Positions 54,486 through 64,000 of a stretch of DNA of 64,000 nt are shown here, piece after piece. This stretch comes from a virus. Its lineage: Duplodnaviria; Caudoviricetes. How positions within the stretch are numbered: position 1 is the first letter of the stretch; each line of letters opens with the position of its first letter. Where the stretch lies: IMG/VR virus record IMGVR_UViG_3300022876_000002. One strand, written 5' to 3'. Made by a program: the position numbers and the translations under genes. The notes beneath the pieces were generated by a model. The model saw only the letters and a program-made list of their open reading frames with translations, did no database searches and was not told where the DNA came from.

Positions 54486-56008
54486 TTACCAACGATAGTC
54501 TGTACGACCGCTACAGTCAGACGCTCGCGTTGTTGTTCCGGAGTGGCATCGGCTGCACACTCTTGGTAAGTACGGCTGAGGATCTCAGCGGCCAGGTCAC
54601 ACTTGAGCAGAGCCAGGAACTTTGGCACGATCTGCGACGCCATGACATGAGTAGTCAGGGAACCGCCGGTGTCGTCCAGCACACCACCGCTAAAGTTGTA
54701 ACCGCTACCCAGCACACCGCGGAAGCACAGCTCCAGCTCTTTCTGGAAGTGGTTACGCACCCAGGTACCCAGCAACTCTTGGGACTGACCACGTACTTCA
54801 GCCAGACGTTCGCTCAGGTTCTCGTTGGTTACGATGAACTCACTGATAGCCGCCAGACCGGTAGTGATGAACCGATCTTTGGCGTGAACAGTCAGTTTCT
54901 CGTGAACGTGGTTGTAGTACACCTGCGAAGCCGACATGTACTTGGCTGGATTAGCCAGAATGTCTAAGACAGGCTTTGGATTGCCCAGCAGACGTTCCCA
55001 GTACCAACCCAACAGGCATTCGGTCAGCGAACCACCGGACTCACCCTGGGAGATTTGTTCCAGGGCCTTATCGGTGTAGAACACCATGGCATCTGCTTCA
55101 ACGAAGCGAGCACCAGCTTGTTCAGCGCCCTTACCATCAGCCAGACGGACTGGACCGTTGTCGGACACCGACAGACCATTGGCGCGGTAGCCTTGCACTA
55201 CCTTACGCAGGTTGACCATATGACAGGTCAGCGCGTTCCACAGAGTAACCACGTACGCGCGGTAGTCTTCGATGGAACCAGCTTTCAGCCAAGGCACCAG
55301 GTCATCCGAAGTGTACATCTTGGTGAGTACGACGTACATTTTCAGGATGCGCTCGGAATCCAGCTGCTTAACACGGCTGAAGTCGAAGTTACCGTTGGCC
55401 GATTTAACGAACAGGTCGTTGAGGGTGGCGATGTCACCCAGGGCACCAGCAGCCCAAGCAGGCGAAGTGTCACGCTCGCGCATGACTTCTACTACGTCAG
55501 CGTGGTTCGAGTTGACGAACGCCAGTACTTGGTCGTTGGTAGGCCATTCGAAGTCCAGACGTTTCAGCATGTCCAGACCAACGTTGGTGTAGGTGAACGA
55601 CTCGTCAGCTACCTTGGTTGGGTAGTTAGGCGAATCGAAGAACGGATCGTCCAACCAAACGAAGGTGTGCTTGAAATACTGCTGAGCAATGCTGCGCAGA
55701 GATTCCTTGCTGTAGCAGATATCTGCTTTCTGGCCGATAGCCAGCGCTAGTGGTTTGCCATAGGCACTGATGTTGTCCAGTGCGCCACGGATGATCTCAC
55801 CCAGGCGATTACCAGCAGCTTCCATGATGGTGGTGTGCTCCGATTCCGAAGAACCAGTTACATCCACGATCTCCTTACGGAATTGCTCACCGTAAGGTTC
55901 CAGGCCGTGGCTCACACCATTCAGACCTTCAAGGATCTGTGTAGGGCGGAAAGTAGGGTTACCTACGGCGATCAGCTCGGCCAGACCGATACTCGATTGA
56001 CGGATCAT
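54470..56008 (-). CDS. virion protein (phiKZ gp177 position)
   Basis: 512 aa with AAGGAGG RBS, codon-biased. Assigned by synteny. Confidence 0.65.
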   Translation of the reverse strand: MIRQSSIGLAELIAVGNPTFRPTQILEGLNGVSHGLEPYGEQFRKEIVDVTGSSESEHTTIMEAAGNRLGEIIRGALDNISAYGKPLALAIGQKADICYSKESLRSIAQQYFKHTFVWLDDPFFDSPNYPTKVADESFTYTNVGLDMLKRLDFEWPTNDQVLAFVNSNHADVVEVMRERDTSPAWAAGALGDIATLNDLFVKSANGNFDFSRVKQLDSERILKMYVVLTKMYTSDDLVPWLKAGSIEDYRAYVVTLWNALTCHMVNLRKVVQGYRANGLSVSDNGPVRLADGKGAEQAGARFVEADAMVFYTDKALEQISQGESGGSLTECLLGWYWERLLGNPKPVLDILANPAKYMSASQVYYNHVHEKLTVHAKDRFITTGLAAISEFIVTNENLSERLAEVRGQSQELLGTWVRNHFQKELELCFRGVLGSGYNFSGGVLDDTGGSLTTHVMASQIVPKFLALLKCDLAAEILSRTYQECAADATPEQQRERLTVAVVQTIVGKCLVA

Positions 56009-56164
56009 TTAGTTGCCCTCCTTACCTGCAGCAACAATAGCCTTGCTGATCTGCTCGTCCAGAATGGACTCTTCCAGCGGGGCCAGGTAGACCAGGCCGA
56101 TAGCCGCCAGAGTGTGTTTTACCAGCTCGATGGTGTTAGCACCGGTGATAATGTCATCAACCAT
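56009..56164 (-). CDS. 51-aa protein below the ORF-track cutoff
   Basis: MVDDIITGANTIELVKHTLAAIGLVYLAPLEESILDEQISKAIVAAGKEGN; its stop abuts the next start; biased codons. Confidence 0.65.
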   Translation of the reverse strand: MVDDIITGANTIELVKHTLAAIGLVYLAPLEESILDEQISKAIVAAGKEGN

Positions 56165-56195
56165 TTTTTCTTTAGACACTTTACGACTCCCGGTA

Positions 56196-57104
56196 TCAGT
56201 AAAGCTGGTTAGACGTAACGCGGTTTGCAGGGAGCATCCCGTCGTAGTACGTAGTGTACAGACGAGTGTTGATCTCGCCTACAGTGATCATGCCATCGTT
56301 GTTGAAATCGAAGCCTCTGTTCTGCACATAGGACTTGATCTCAAGCGGAGTAGAACCGTCCTTACGGAACAGGACTTCATCCGGCTTCTTACCAACGGCA
56401 GCTGGATAGAAGATGGTCAGGTAGAAATCCTCGAGACGAGTGTACTTCTTACCACGACGCATCCACATTTCGAAATACTTGAACACCCATTCCAGCTGTT
56501 CGAGTTGCGACAGCTTGATCAGGTCTTCTACCGTAGTACCCAGGTCTTTTGCGGCATCTTTACCGAACTGGATCAGACCGAAGTAGTAGGCGCCAGCCTT
56601 GTTACGAATGGTAGGACTGAACGTACCCGCCGACTCGAAGTGCATACAAGCCATAAGGGCCGATGGGGCTTCTGGCCACAGGTTGTGCTTACGACACCAG
56701 GCAGTAACCTTCTTGAGGAACTCTGCACCCACCAGCTTGGACCAACCCAAGTCGTAGTAAGCTACCTTGTTGTAGGCTTTGTAGTTGTTCACTACTTTCA
56801 AGAACCCACCCCAAGTACCAGAGCCCATCAGACCATCTGGCGCACCATCGTAAACCTTCAACAGGTTCAGGTTGGTCTGGATGATCTTGAGCGCTGCCTC
56901 TTCAGTCATTACTGGTGTAGGCAGTGGCAACGTAGTGTTGAACGTCCGGCTACCGTTCATGCGGTAATCGTAGTCCTTTAACAAGGTGGATACTGCTGCA
57001 GCCGATCCCTTGCCCCATTTACCGTCGATATCACCAAGATAAAGGCCGCACTCTTTCGAGGCGACCTGGATATCCCGGATTGCATTAAGCAACCGATAGT
57101 TCAT
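56196..57104 (-). CDS. lysozyme-like / lytic transglycosylase with peptidoglycan-binding repeats (endolysin-like)
   Basis: Two PGBD-like repeats (LYLGDIDGKWGKGS, VYDGAPDGLMGSGT) plus MHFESAGTF...YFGLIQF catalytic motifs. Confidence 0.8.
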   Translation of the reverse strand: MNYRLLNAIRDIQVASKECGLYLGDIDGKWGKGSAAAVSTLLKDYDYRMNGSRTFNTTLPLPTPVMTEEAALKIIQTNLNLLKVYDGAPDGLMGSGTWGGFLKVVNNYKAYNKVAYYDLGWSKLVGAEFLKKVTAWCRKHNLWPEAPSALMACMHFESAGTFSPTIRNKAGAYYFGLIQFGKDAAKDLGTTVEDLIKLSQLEQLEWVFKYFEMWMRRGKKYTRLEDFYLTIFYPAAVGKKPDEVLFRKDGSTPLEIKSYVQNRGFDFNNDGMITVGEINTRLYTTYYDGMLPANRVTSNQLY

Positions 57105-60100
57105 CTATTTACCCCTGTAGACTTTAATGGCCAATTTACTGAACCCACACATCAGTTCGTTACTGGCGGCTTCGTCACGCAGACTACACACCATCCGGTT
57201 AAGCATACCCTTGAAACTAGTCTTAACGTCAACCTTACGACCATCAGCAGTGTAGATGGGTTTAGGCATGACGTAACCAGTAGTGGCCTTCATCTGGTTA
57301 CCGAGTACGAATTTGTCCGCAGTAGTACTGACGTCCAACGACTCGATCATTACAGTGACCAGAACCATTCCTGGCGGGATTACTGGTTTAGCAACGTTCA
57401 GGTTACTGTTGACACCGCCAGTTACTGGCTGCTTGCCTTCAGTCTCCATGAAGCGCTTACGTTTACGGTCACCCTCTTTAACCAGCTTCTTAACAGTCTC
57501 GGACATCTCTTCTTGAGGAGAGTTGTACTTAACGTCGATATGAATAATTTTGCCGTGGTACTTACTGCGGATCTGACGAATACCCAAACGGTTAAGCTCG
57601 CTTAAGTTGTCATCACCCGCCCCGTCACTGAGGACGTGGCTGTCTTCGATTTCGCATAAAATCGTGTCATAATCGACCTCATCACCCACCTTAGCACGCA
57701 TCACAAGCGACTGGTTAGCCATCATTGTGAACCGAGCAGGGTTAAGGTAAGGAGTAACCGACTCTTCTACGAGATCACGCGACACAGCGATGGAGTCTTC
57801 GAAGGTGTCCTGGTCTTCGAGCATCGCAATACGAACCATCTGGGCAGTTTTCAGTACCGCTTGCCCAGGGTTGAATGGATCGCGAGCAAACCATTCCTCG
57901 TCCCAACCGATTACGTCACCCTTACGGAATGTGTCACCTACCTTGAGGTCGGTAGCACGAGTGTGACGGTGGTATTCACCACTAGCCTCACCAATCACCA
58001 GACCCAGTGGGTAAGTGTCCGTGGTACCGTCCTTGTAGGTAACCAACAGTCGGTCTTCCTCGACCGCGGTAACCTTACCCTCCTGTTGGGCTACCTTACT
58101 GTACAGTTCCGAAGTACGGTGGGGAACAATCGAGTCGTAACCAGTCCGAGTAATACCCCAAGTGTAGTTCCGCGCACTAACAGCCTGAGACCACTGTGTA
58201 GATACGAAGATCTGACGCTTGGCATCGTCCTTGGTGATAGATGGCGACAAGTTACCAGTAACCGACAGCAAACCAGTGTAGCTAGCAGAACTGTGCAGAT
58301 CCATGTTGCCACGGTAGTCCGCAATCAGAGGGTCACTAGTAGTGTAGGTAGTGAAACCTACTTTACCACTATCCTTGTTCGCCTCAGAGATCCTGCCTTT
58401 ATAACTAGGCAACTGCACACGAGCACTTTGGGTAACCGTGATCTCACTACGACCACCAGTACCACCGAACGTCAACTCTTCCTGGTCTTTCAACTGGTGG
58501 ACCGGACCTACTTCTTCCACCAAGTTAACCGACGTGTCCGTGAGGATACGCATAGTTACTGCGTCAGGGTTGATTTCCAGTTTGTGCTTACGGTCAGTAC
58601 CTTTGTTGTTGTACTTACGAATGGCGTCACACAGCTCGCTGTAAATGTGACCAGCGAAACGCTCGTAGCCAACGAACCGTTGTTCTTCGACTTCAACCGG
58701 GTTACGGGTCTGATCGGTCTCCAACAGGCTAACCGCATCCAGCAGCAAGTAGTGGAAGGAATCCGCGTACTTCATCTTGCGGAGTTCAGCCTTGGTTACT
58801 GGGTCAATGAACAGGTCGTACAGACACTTCATTTCACGGAAATGACGAGTCTTAACTTTAGCATCGGCAATCAACGGACCCCAGATCCCTGGGTTGTTCA
58901 GATCGCTCTTACTGAAGTTACTGATATTGCCCAAACCAGACAGACCACCAAACACCATCGACACGTGTTTGTCACGACGGTTGAACACCAGGTACTCGTC
59001 GTTGAAGGCGATAGCGAACTCGTCTTCAGCCAACTTAACACGGGTACCGCTAGGCACCGACCGGGTAACAGCTTTGGTAACACGCAGCAGCTCGTCAATA
59101 CCGAAGTAGTAGCAGAGCAGCACGCCGATAGGGAACAAATACCCACCAACACTGATAGAGCAATACTCGATAGGTGCTTTAGCCACCGAGATCCCCATCA
59201 GGCCCTCAATGGTACCTTGTTCTACACCATCCAGGTAAACGTTGCCGAAGCTATCCAGCGTCAGTGGTTTACCATTTTGCACACCCACCAAGAACGAGTC
59301 CTTCTTATCGTACTTGGCAAAATCTGGATGCTCTTTTACCAAGTTGTGGAACCGGAAGTCAAAAGTAAACTTCTCAGTTTTGATCCACTGGAACTTAGTG
59401 GCCAACGCACTGTAGATACGCGGTGCATGCAACGACTGGTCAAACTTACTACCACGGTTGAAGGTAAGGGTTTTCTCCCCACCTTTACGGATCACCTGTT
59501 TAGACAACCATACTGACAGGTTCTTGGCCATCTCCTGGCTGCGGGTTACCATCAAGCGGTTAGGGTAGTAACTACTCAGTGCTACGGTGTCTCGATCGAT
59601 CTTGCGGATCGGGAGTTCACGACGTTGCAGCTGCATGTGGTTCTTAACCCCGTCTACCACAAACGTACCGTCAGGCTGAACCTTAGGGAAACGAATTGCG
59701 TGGGTAGACTGATCACCGTTAACGTGGTGCACCTGAATCGACATTACGTCGTAACTACCTTCAACGCTGTTGATCTCTTCCAGCTTGAAGTTGTTCAGGG
59801 CAAAGCCAGCGTTCTGGATACCCAAGGTCATACCGACTACGTCTTTATAAAGGAAACGTTTTACGTAACCCTTTTTCAACACATTGGCCTTGGACTCCAA
59901 CATCGACTCATCCAAAATCGAAATGAAGTTAGCTTCGATCTTAGCGTCGTTCTTTAACTCTTTCAGTTCCTCTGGGGAGATCTTGATGAAATCCTCCAGG
60001 GTCTGACCGTTCTCCATGCGAATGGTTTTGTACTGCTCACCTTTCTTCATGAAGAACTTTTGTTCGGCAACACTAAGGTTACCGTTACGTGCCCGTTCTT

Positions 60101-61472
60101 CCAGCGCCAGTGCGATACCAGCAGTAGGTGTGTCGAACGGGTCACGCTTGACGTTGATTACCTGCTCGACTTGTTCTTGCTCGAGCAGGGTATCGTCTAC
60201 TGCGGAGTTCCAGTCTTGATCATCCTGAACAGGATTTCCGCTTCCCGCGCCTCCGGCGTCGTTATTACCAGATGCCACATCTCGGTCAGCGTCTTTGAGG
60301 ACATCCAAGAGACCACCGCTAGGACCAGGATTACCCACAGCGCCATTGTCCTTACCAACTTTTTCTTGGACACTGTGTGCTGGTGTTCGTCCTTGCTCCT
60401 CTTCAGATCCAACCGTTCCTGCATCCAGATTGGAATTATTTTCTTCTTCCTCTCCATTTGGATTATCCTTCTCTTGTTCGCTGATCCCTCCGCGCGAGAG
60501 GTTAAGCAAGGCTAGGTAAAAGCGCTTCGCAGCGTTTAGTCGTTTTGGGCTACCAGTTCTGTGACTGGTTTGCTTTGATTTGTCTACCTTGGCCAGGTAG
60601 TTTTTATCGTTCTCCTGATCCAGCCAACCTTTAATGGTAGCCAGATTGATAATCAAGCAACGACTATCGAAAACAAAGATGATGTGCAGGTTTTGCAGCG
60701 CCTGCTCTTGCAACTTGTTGAACAGAGAATACTGGTAGTCACCGAATACAAATGCCATGAAGTCGATCAACCAATAGCTAGACTCAGCCTTGGTTAAACG
60801 TACAGACTGGTTATTCGGTACTGGTTTGTTATTAACCAGGTCGTACTGGTGGATAAAGTGATCGTAGTCAATCAACAACTCGTTGAAACCAGGGAAGTTG
60901 ATTGGCAGATCAATACGGATAAACTGTTGACGCTGGTGTACACCAGGGCGGTCCACTTCCTCGTTAATGCCTTTAATAAGCGCATTAAAGTGGTTGTAGT
61001 ACCGTTCGTAGTTTACGAAGATCCCTGGGCGTTGGATAAACATCCGATCCAACAGACCATAACTCTTTACGATCAGGTTTTGTTCCCGATTGTAAACAGA
61101 CTTGATCTCTTTGGTCCAGTTGTAGTTGTAGTGGGTAGCGCGATACGCCTGGATAGCTTTACGCACTTCCAGTGGCACGTTACGCCCACCACCCAGTACA
61201 GGCTCGTAGTGACTGACAAAATCAAGGAACACGTTACCGACGAAGTTACTTACAAAAGCTTCGCTACGGCTAGGACCGATCTCCAGTACTTCCTTAGGGA
61301 AATAATGGTACAGCGACATACGCGGTAAGGTGATCTCACTGATCGGCAGGAAAGCAGGGTTAACCAGTTCTTGCCGTTTACGCATTACGAACCAACGATG
61401 GAACTGCGGATACATCGCAGCCATCGCTTCGGTTCCAGCAACCGCCGCTAACGGGTCGTTAACTTGCGTCAT
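57105..61472 (-). CDS. virion RNA polymerase beta-like subunit (phiKZ gp178-like)
   Basis: 1455 aa. DDAKRQIFVSTQWSQAV (cf. DDANRALMGANMQRQAV), TFEDSIAVS, ADKFVLGNQMK. Confidence 0.9.
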   Translation of the reverse strand: MTQVNDPLAAVAGTEAMAAMYPQFHRWFVMRKRQELVNPAFLPISEITLPRMSLYHYFPKEVLEIGPSRSEAFVSNFVGNVFLDFVSHYEPVLGGGRNVPLEVRKAIQAYRATHYNYNWTKEIKSVYNREQNLIVKSYGLLDRMFIQRPGIFVNYERYYNHFNALIKGINEEVDRPGVHQRQQFIRIDLPINFPGFNELLIDYDHFIHQYDLVNNKPVPNNQSVRLTKAESSYWLIDFMAFVFGDYQYSLFNKLQEQALQNLHIIFVFDSRCLIINLATIKGWLDQENDKNYLAKVDKSKQTSHRTGSPKRLNAAKRFYLALLNLSRGGISEQEKDNPNGEEEENNSNLDAGTVGSEEEQGRTPAHSVQEKVGKDNGAVGNPGPSGGLLDVLKDADRDVASGNNDAGGAGSGNPVQDDQDWNSAVDDTLLEQEQVEQVINVKRDPFDTPTAGIALALEERARNGNLSVAEQKFFMKKGEQYKTIRMENGQTLEDFIKISPEELKELKNDAKIEANFISILDESMLESKANVLKKGYVKRFLYKDVVGMTLGIQNAGFALNNFKLEEINSVEGSYDVMSIQVHHVNGDQSTHAIRFPKVQPDGTFVVDGVKNHMQLQRRELPIRKIDRDTVALSSYYPNRLMVTRSQEMAKNLSVWLSKQVIRKGGEKTLTFNRGSKFDQSLHAPRIYSALATKFQWIKTEKFTFDFRFHNLVKEHPDFAKYDKKDSFLVGVQNGKPLTLDSFGNVYLDGVEQGTIEGLMGISVAKAPIEYCSISVGGYLFPIGVLLCYYFGIDELLRVTKAVTRSVPSGTRVKLAEDEFAIAFNDEYLVFNRRDKHVSMVFGGLSGLGNISNFSKSDLNNPGIWGPLIADAKVKTRHFREMKCLYDLFIDPVTKAELRKMKYADSFHYLLLDAVSLLETDQTRNPVEVEEQRFVGYERFAGHIYSELCDAIRKYNNKGTDRKHKLEINPDAVTMRILTDTSVNLVEEVGPVHQLKDQEELTFGGTGGRSEITVTQSARVQLPSYKGRISEANKDSGKVGFTTYTTSDPLIADYRGNMDLHSSASYTGLLSVTGNLSPSITKDDAKRQIFVSTQWSQAVSARNYTWGITRTGYDSIVPHRTSELYSKVAQQEGKVTAVEEDRLLVTYKDGTTDTYPLGLVIGEASGEYHRHTRATDLKVGDTFRKGDVIGWDEEWFARDPFNPGQAVLKTAQMVRIAMLEDQDTFEDSIAVSRDLVEESVTPYLNPARFTMMANQSLVMRAKVGDEVDYDTILCEIEDSHVLSDGAGDDNLSELNRLGIRQIRSKYHGKIIHIDVKYNSPQEEMSETVKKLVKEGDRKRKRFMETEGKQPVTGGVNSNLNVAKPVIPPGMVLVTVMIESLDVSTTADKFVLGNQMKATTGYVMPKPIYTADGRKVDVKTSFKGMLNRMVCSLRDEAASNELMCGFSKLAIKVYRGK

Positions 61473-63091
61473 TTACGATTCCTCATGCCGCTGGTGGCGG
61501 CTTTCAAAACAAACATTAACGGCTCGTTGACCGGGTCATACAGGAAGTTACCACTACCACTGATGTAGTATTCCCGCTTACCGAACAAGTCTACTACTTG
61601 AGCCTTGGTGTCTTCACCGCAAAGACTGTTAGAGTTCAAGGCGTCACCATCGTGGTCAGAACCCAGTGCCTGCTCACGAGTAGGGTCTACCGACATAGCG
61701 TCAAAGTAGTCTACGCGTTCACCCTTAATAGGGTACTTAGGCAGTTCACCGATTACTGTGCCGTCTGGCTCGATTAGTGTACGCTTCTTGCTACCAACCG
61801 TAGTCAGCAGGTTTACCTTGGCTGGGAAAATGGAACCCAGACCAGTAACCGGATAACGTGTCTGTTGAGACATCTGTCGACGGATAGCTTCTTGGCAGGA
61901 CAGGTAGTAAAGTTCCATGTACGTCATCGGTGTTACCAACTTACGATCCTTACCTTCAGGCAGGTCGTTGATATCACCCAGCACACAGACTTCTTTGCCA
62001 TCGTCGTAAACCAGTGCCAAATAGTGGCCACTGATAATGATGGGCTTATTACGCAGGTTAACGTTAGAGAAACCGTTAAACAGTTTGCTGATACCAGTCG
62101 CTGTAGTCCATTTGTCTACCGTTGCCGGTTGGACCTCAGTGTACTCGTATTCCAGGGTTTTGGTATTTACCAACTTAGCCTGGTCGCTACCTGGGGTAAA
62201 CACACCTTCCAGGTACTTGGTGGTCATGGCATGGATACAAACATACTGGTAGTTCAGCAATGCTTGCATCAGGCCCATGTCTACACTGTTCGGATCTACA
62301 CCGTCGTCCTCAAATAGGTTACTACGGGAAACCTTACGTGCAGTAATAACGTTACGAGTACCAGCCACTACACCGCGGGTAGACATACGACGTTGCAGGA
62401 TACCACCCTTACCGCCCATCAGACCAAAGATGTACTGGTCGATGTCGTTAAAGGACGATTGCAGCCCCCAACGTACAGTGTCGTATAGCGGGTTCTCAGC
62501 GTCACCAGCAGTACCAATGGATACTACACGGGTACGGAACATCAACTTACGGTAGTACTCAGTGAACTCTGGTTCACTTGGCGCACCGTTAGGCATGAAC
62601 TGGATATCGCGTAAGCCAGCAGGGATTACCAAGACTTTGGTACCCAGTGCCGTGTTACGGAACATGTTGATAAACTTAACACGTTGCTTACGTTTGTACG
62701 AGTCGGTTACCGTTACCACCAAATCGTAGAAATGCTTGACGAAAAAACTGTAACCAGTCTGTCCGTCGATGATGTTGGATTTTATGAAATCCTTGGCTCG
62801 GTCGTCCCAGACGGCATATTCCGAGCCTTTCAAAATCCCGATGTACAGAGATTTTATTTGACCAAGCGCTTTTAAGTAGCTCGGGTTAAAAATAGGAAGC
62901 TTGACGTCAATGTAAGCTTCAGTTTTATCACGCTCTTTAGACCCCATTTTGCCAAAGATTTCTAAAGAGTACAGACCCTCGTCGTTGAGGTTCTGAGTCA
63001 TACCTTCGAAAGCATCGGTAGACGCCACAGGTTTGAAGATACCGGGGACGATCTCCCTGGTATCTAACAAGGTTATATTACTGGGTTTCAT
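61469..63091 (-). CDS. virion RNA polymerase beta'-like catalytic subunit (phiKZ gp180-like)
   Basis: 540 aa. LYSLEIFG, VIPAGLRD, and DxDGD (SDHDGD). Adjacent to the gp178-like gene. Confidence 0.88.
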   Translation of the reverse strand: MKPSNITLLDTREIVPGIFKPVASTDAFEGMTQNLNDEGLYSLEIFGKMGSKERDKTEAYIDVKLPIFNPSYLKALGQIKSLYIGILKGSEYAVWDDRAKDFIKSNIIDGQTGYSFFVKHFYDLVVTVTDSYKRKQRVKFINMFRNTALGTKVLVIPAGLRDIQFMPNGAPSEPEFTEYYRKLMFRTRVVSIGTAGDAENPLYDTVRWGLQSSFNDIDQYIFGLMGGKGGILQRRMSTRGVVAGTRNVITARKVSRSNLFEDDGVDPNSVDMGLMQALLNYQYVCIHAMTTKYLEGVFTPGSDQAKLVNTKTLEYEYTEVQPATVDKWTTATGISKLFNGFSNVNLRNKPIIISGHYLALVYDDGKEVCVLGDINDLPEGKDRKLVTPMTYMELYYLSCQEAIRRQMSQQTRYPVTGLGSIFPAKVNLLTTVGSKKRTLIEPDGTVIGELPKYPIKGERVDYFDAMSVDPTREQALGSDHDGDALNSNSLCGEDTKAQVVDLFGKREYYISGSGNFLYDPVNEPLMFVLKAATSGMRNRK

Positions 63092-63112
63092 ATAGTGACC
63101 CTTGGGGTAGAT

Positions 63113-64000
63113 ATGTCAGATTATGATGATTTCGAGAGTTACGATAACGACTGGGGGGATGATCCGTTCGAAGGTGACATGGACTTCGATTCGGACTTCG
63201 ATAACCCAGGCGGTAAGAAAGGGTTCCTACGAAGCGCTGTAAGCGGCTTTTTAGACGGTATCGTCGAGCGCACGATCGGCAGTACCGATGCAAAGATCAA
63301 CACGCTACAGAAGGTTCTGCCAGCCACCTGGAATCCTACCTTCCGTAACCTGCGTGATCTGAACCAACGTCGTCGCGACGTAATGGAACAGATTAAAAAT
63401 GGTACCTTTACCACTGTGCAGGATTTGCAGTATTTAGCAGACCGTGCGGCTAAAGCTGTTGGTAATAAGCTTCCTAATAAAATCTCCGAGACCCTTACTG
63501 ATTTCAGTAAAAGGGACTTCTCGGACTGGGAAAAAACCGATTACGACCGCGATGACACCGATAAGGCAGAAGGTGTATCGGACGAGGAAGTTAAAGCGTT
63601 AATCAGCAACGAAGACGCTAACGCTATCCTTACCCGAGAAACCTCCAAGTCGATCGGTAGACAAACCATCGGGATGATGGCTGAGATCGGTGGTCGGTCT
63701 ATCGCTAACATCCAAGGTCTTAACCAGACCGGTATGCGCACCAACCAGTTACTGGAACACTTGCTGGACTTCCAGCGTCGTGTAACCCAACGTAACGACC
63801 AGTTGATGATCAGCATCACTGCACGGCAATACCTTACTAGCTCCAAGTACTACAAGTTCATGGAAGTTAGTAACCACCGCATCGTCACCGAGTTGAAACA
63901 GATCGGTGAGTACGTCAAGATGTCGGACTACGAGAAAACCTCGAACATGCAAGCTCTGAAAAAGAGTGTGCGTGAGTCTGTATTCGACAAAGCCAAGGGT
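63113..64000 (+). CDS. large tail protein, N-terminal part (phiKZ gp181 / tape-measure position); runs off the window end
   Basis: ATG at 63113 (MSDYDDFESYDNDWGDDPF...), open to the window end, divergent from the gp180-like gene. Product from synteny only. Confidence 0.6.
   Translation, partial: MSDYDDFESYDNDWGDDPFEGDMDFDSDFDNPGGKKGFLRSAVSGFLDGIVERTIGSTDAKINTLQKVLPATWNPTFRNLRDLNQRRRDVMEQIKNGTFTTVQDLQYLADRAAKAVGNKLPNKISETLTDFSKRDFSDWEKTDYDRDDTDKAEGVSDEEVKALISNEDANAILTRETSKSIGRQTIGMMAEIGGRSIANIQGLNQTGMRTNQLLEHLLDFQRRVTQRNDQLMISITARQYLTSSKYYKFMEVSNHRIVTELKQIGEYVKMSDYEKTSNMQALKKSVRESVFDKAKG

Noticed and set aside
63078-63952. Minus-strand ORFs at the window end
   Set aside because: Antisense to a continuous, codon-biased + strand ORF starting at 63113.

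Overview
This window is part of a phiKZ-related, nucleus-forming jumbo phage genome (Chimalliviridae-type), about 50% GC, with most genes on the minus strand. Left to right it holds: the non-virion RNAP / nucleus block (gp74-, gp71-73-, gp70-, PicA/gp69-, gp68-, ChmC/gp67-like genes, a metallophosphoesterase, gp55-like beta' with NADFDGD, chimallin); the family-B DNA polymerase and PhuZ; an ORF-poor ~1.9 kb RNA locus (tRNA-Asn, tRNA-Leu, a 140-nt tRNA-like RNA with enlarged arms, and large structured blocks); an early operon of an HslV-like Thr protease plus four proteins sharing an N-terminal module; the terminase with a Tyr-initiated class-3-type intein; tail sheath and tube; accessory genes (Tmk, secreted protein); head protease; a lysozyme-like gene; virion RNAP beta and beta'; and the start of a large + strand tail gene. 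Homolog names rest on motifs read in the translations plus recalled phiKZ/SPN3US gene order. No database searches or folding programs were run.
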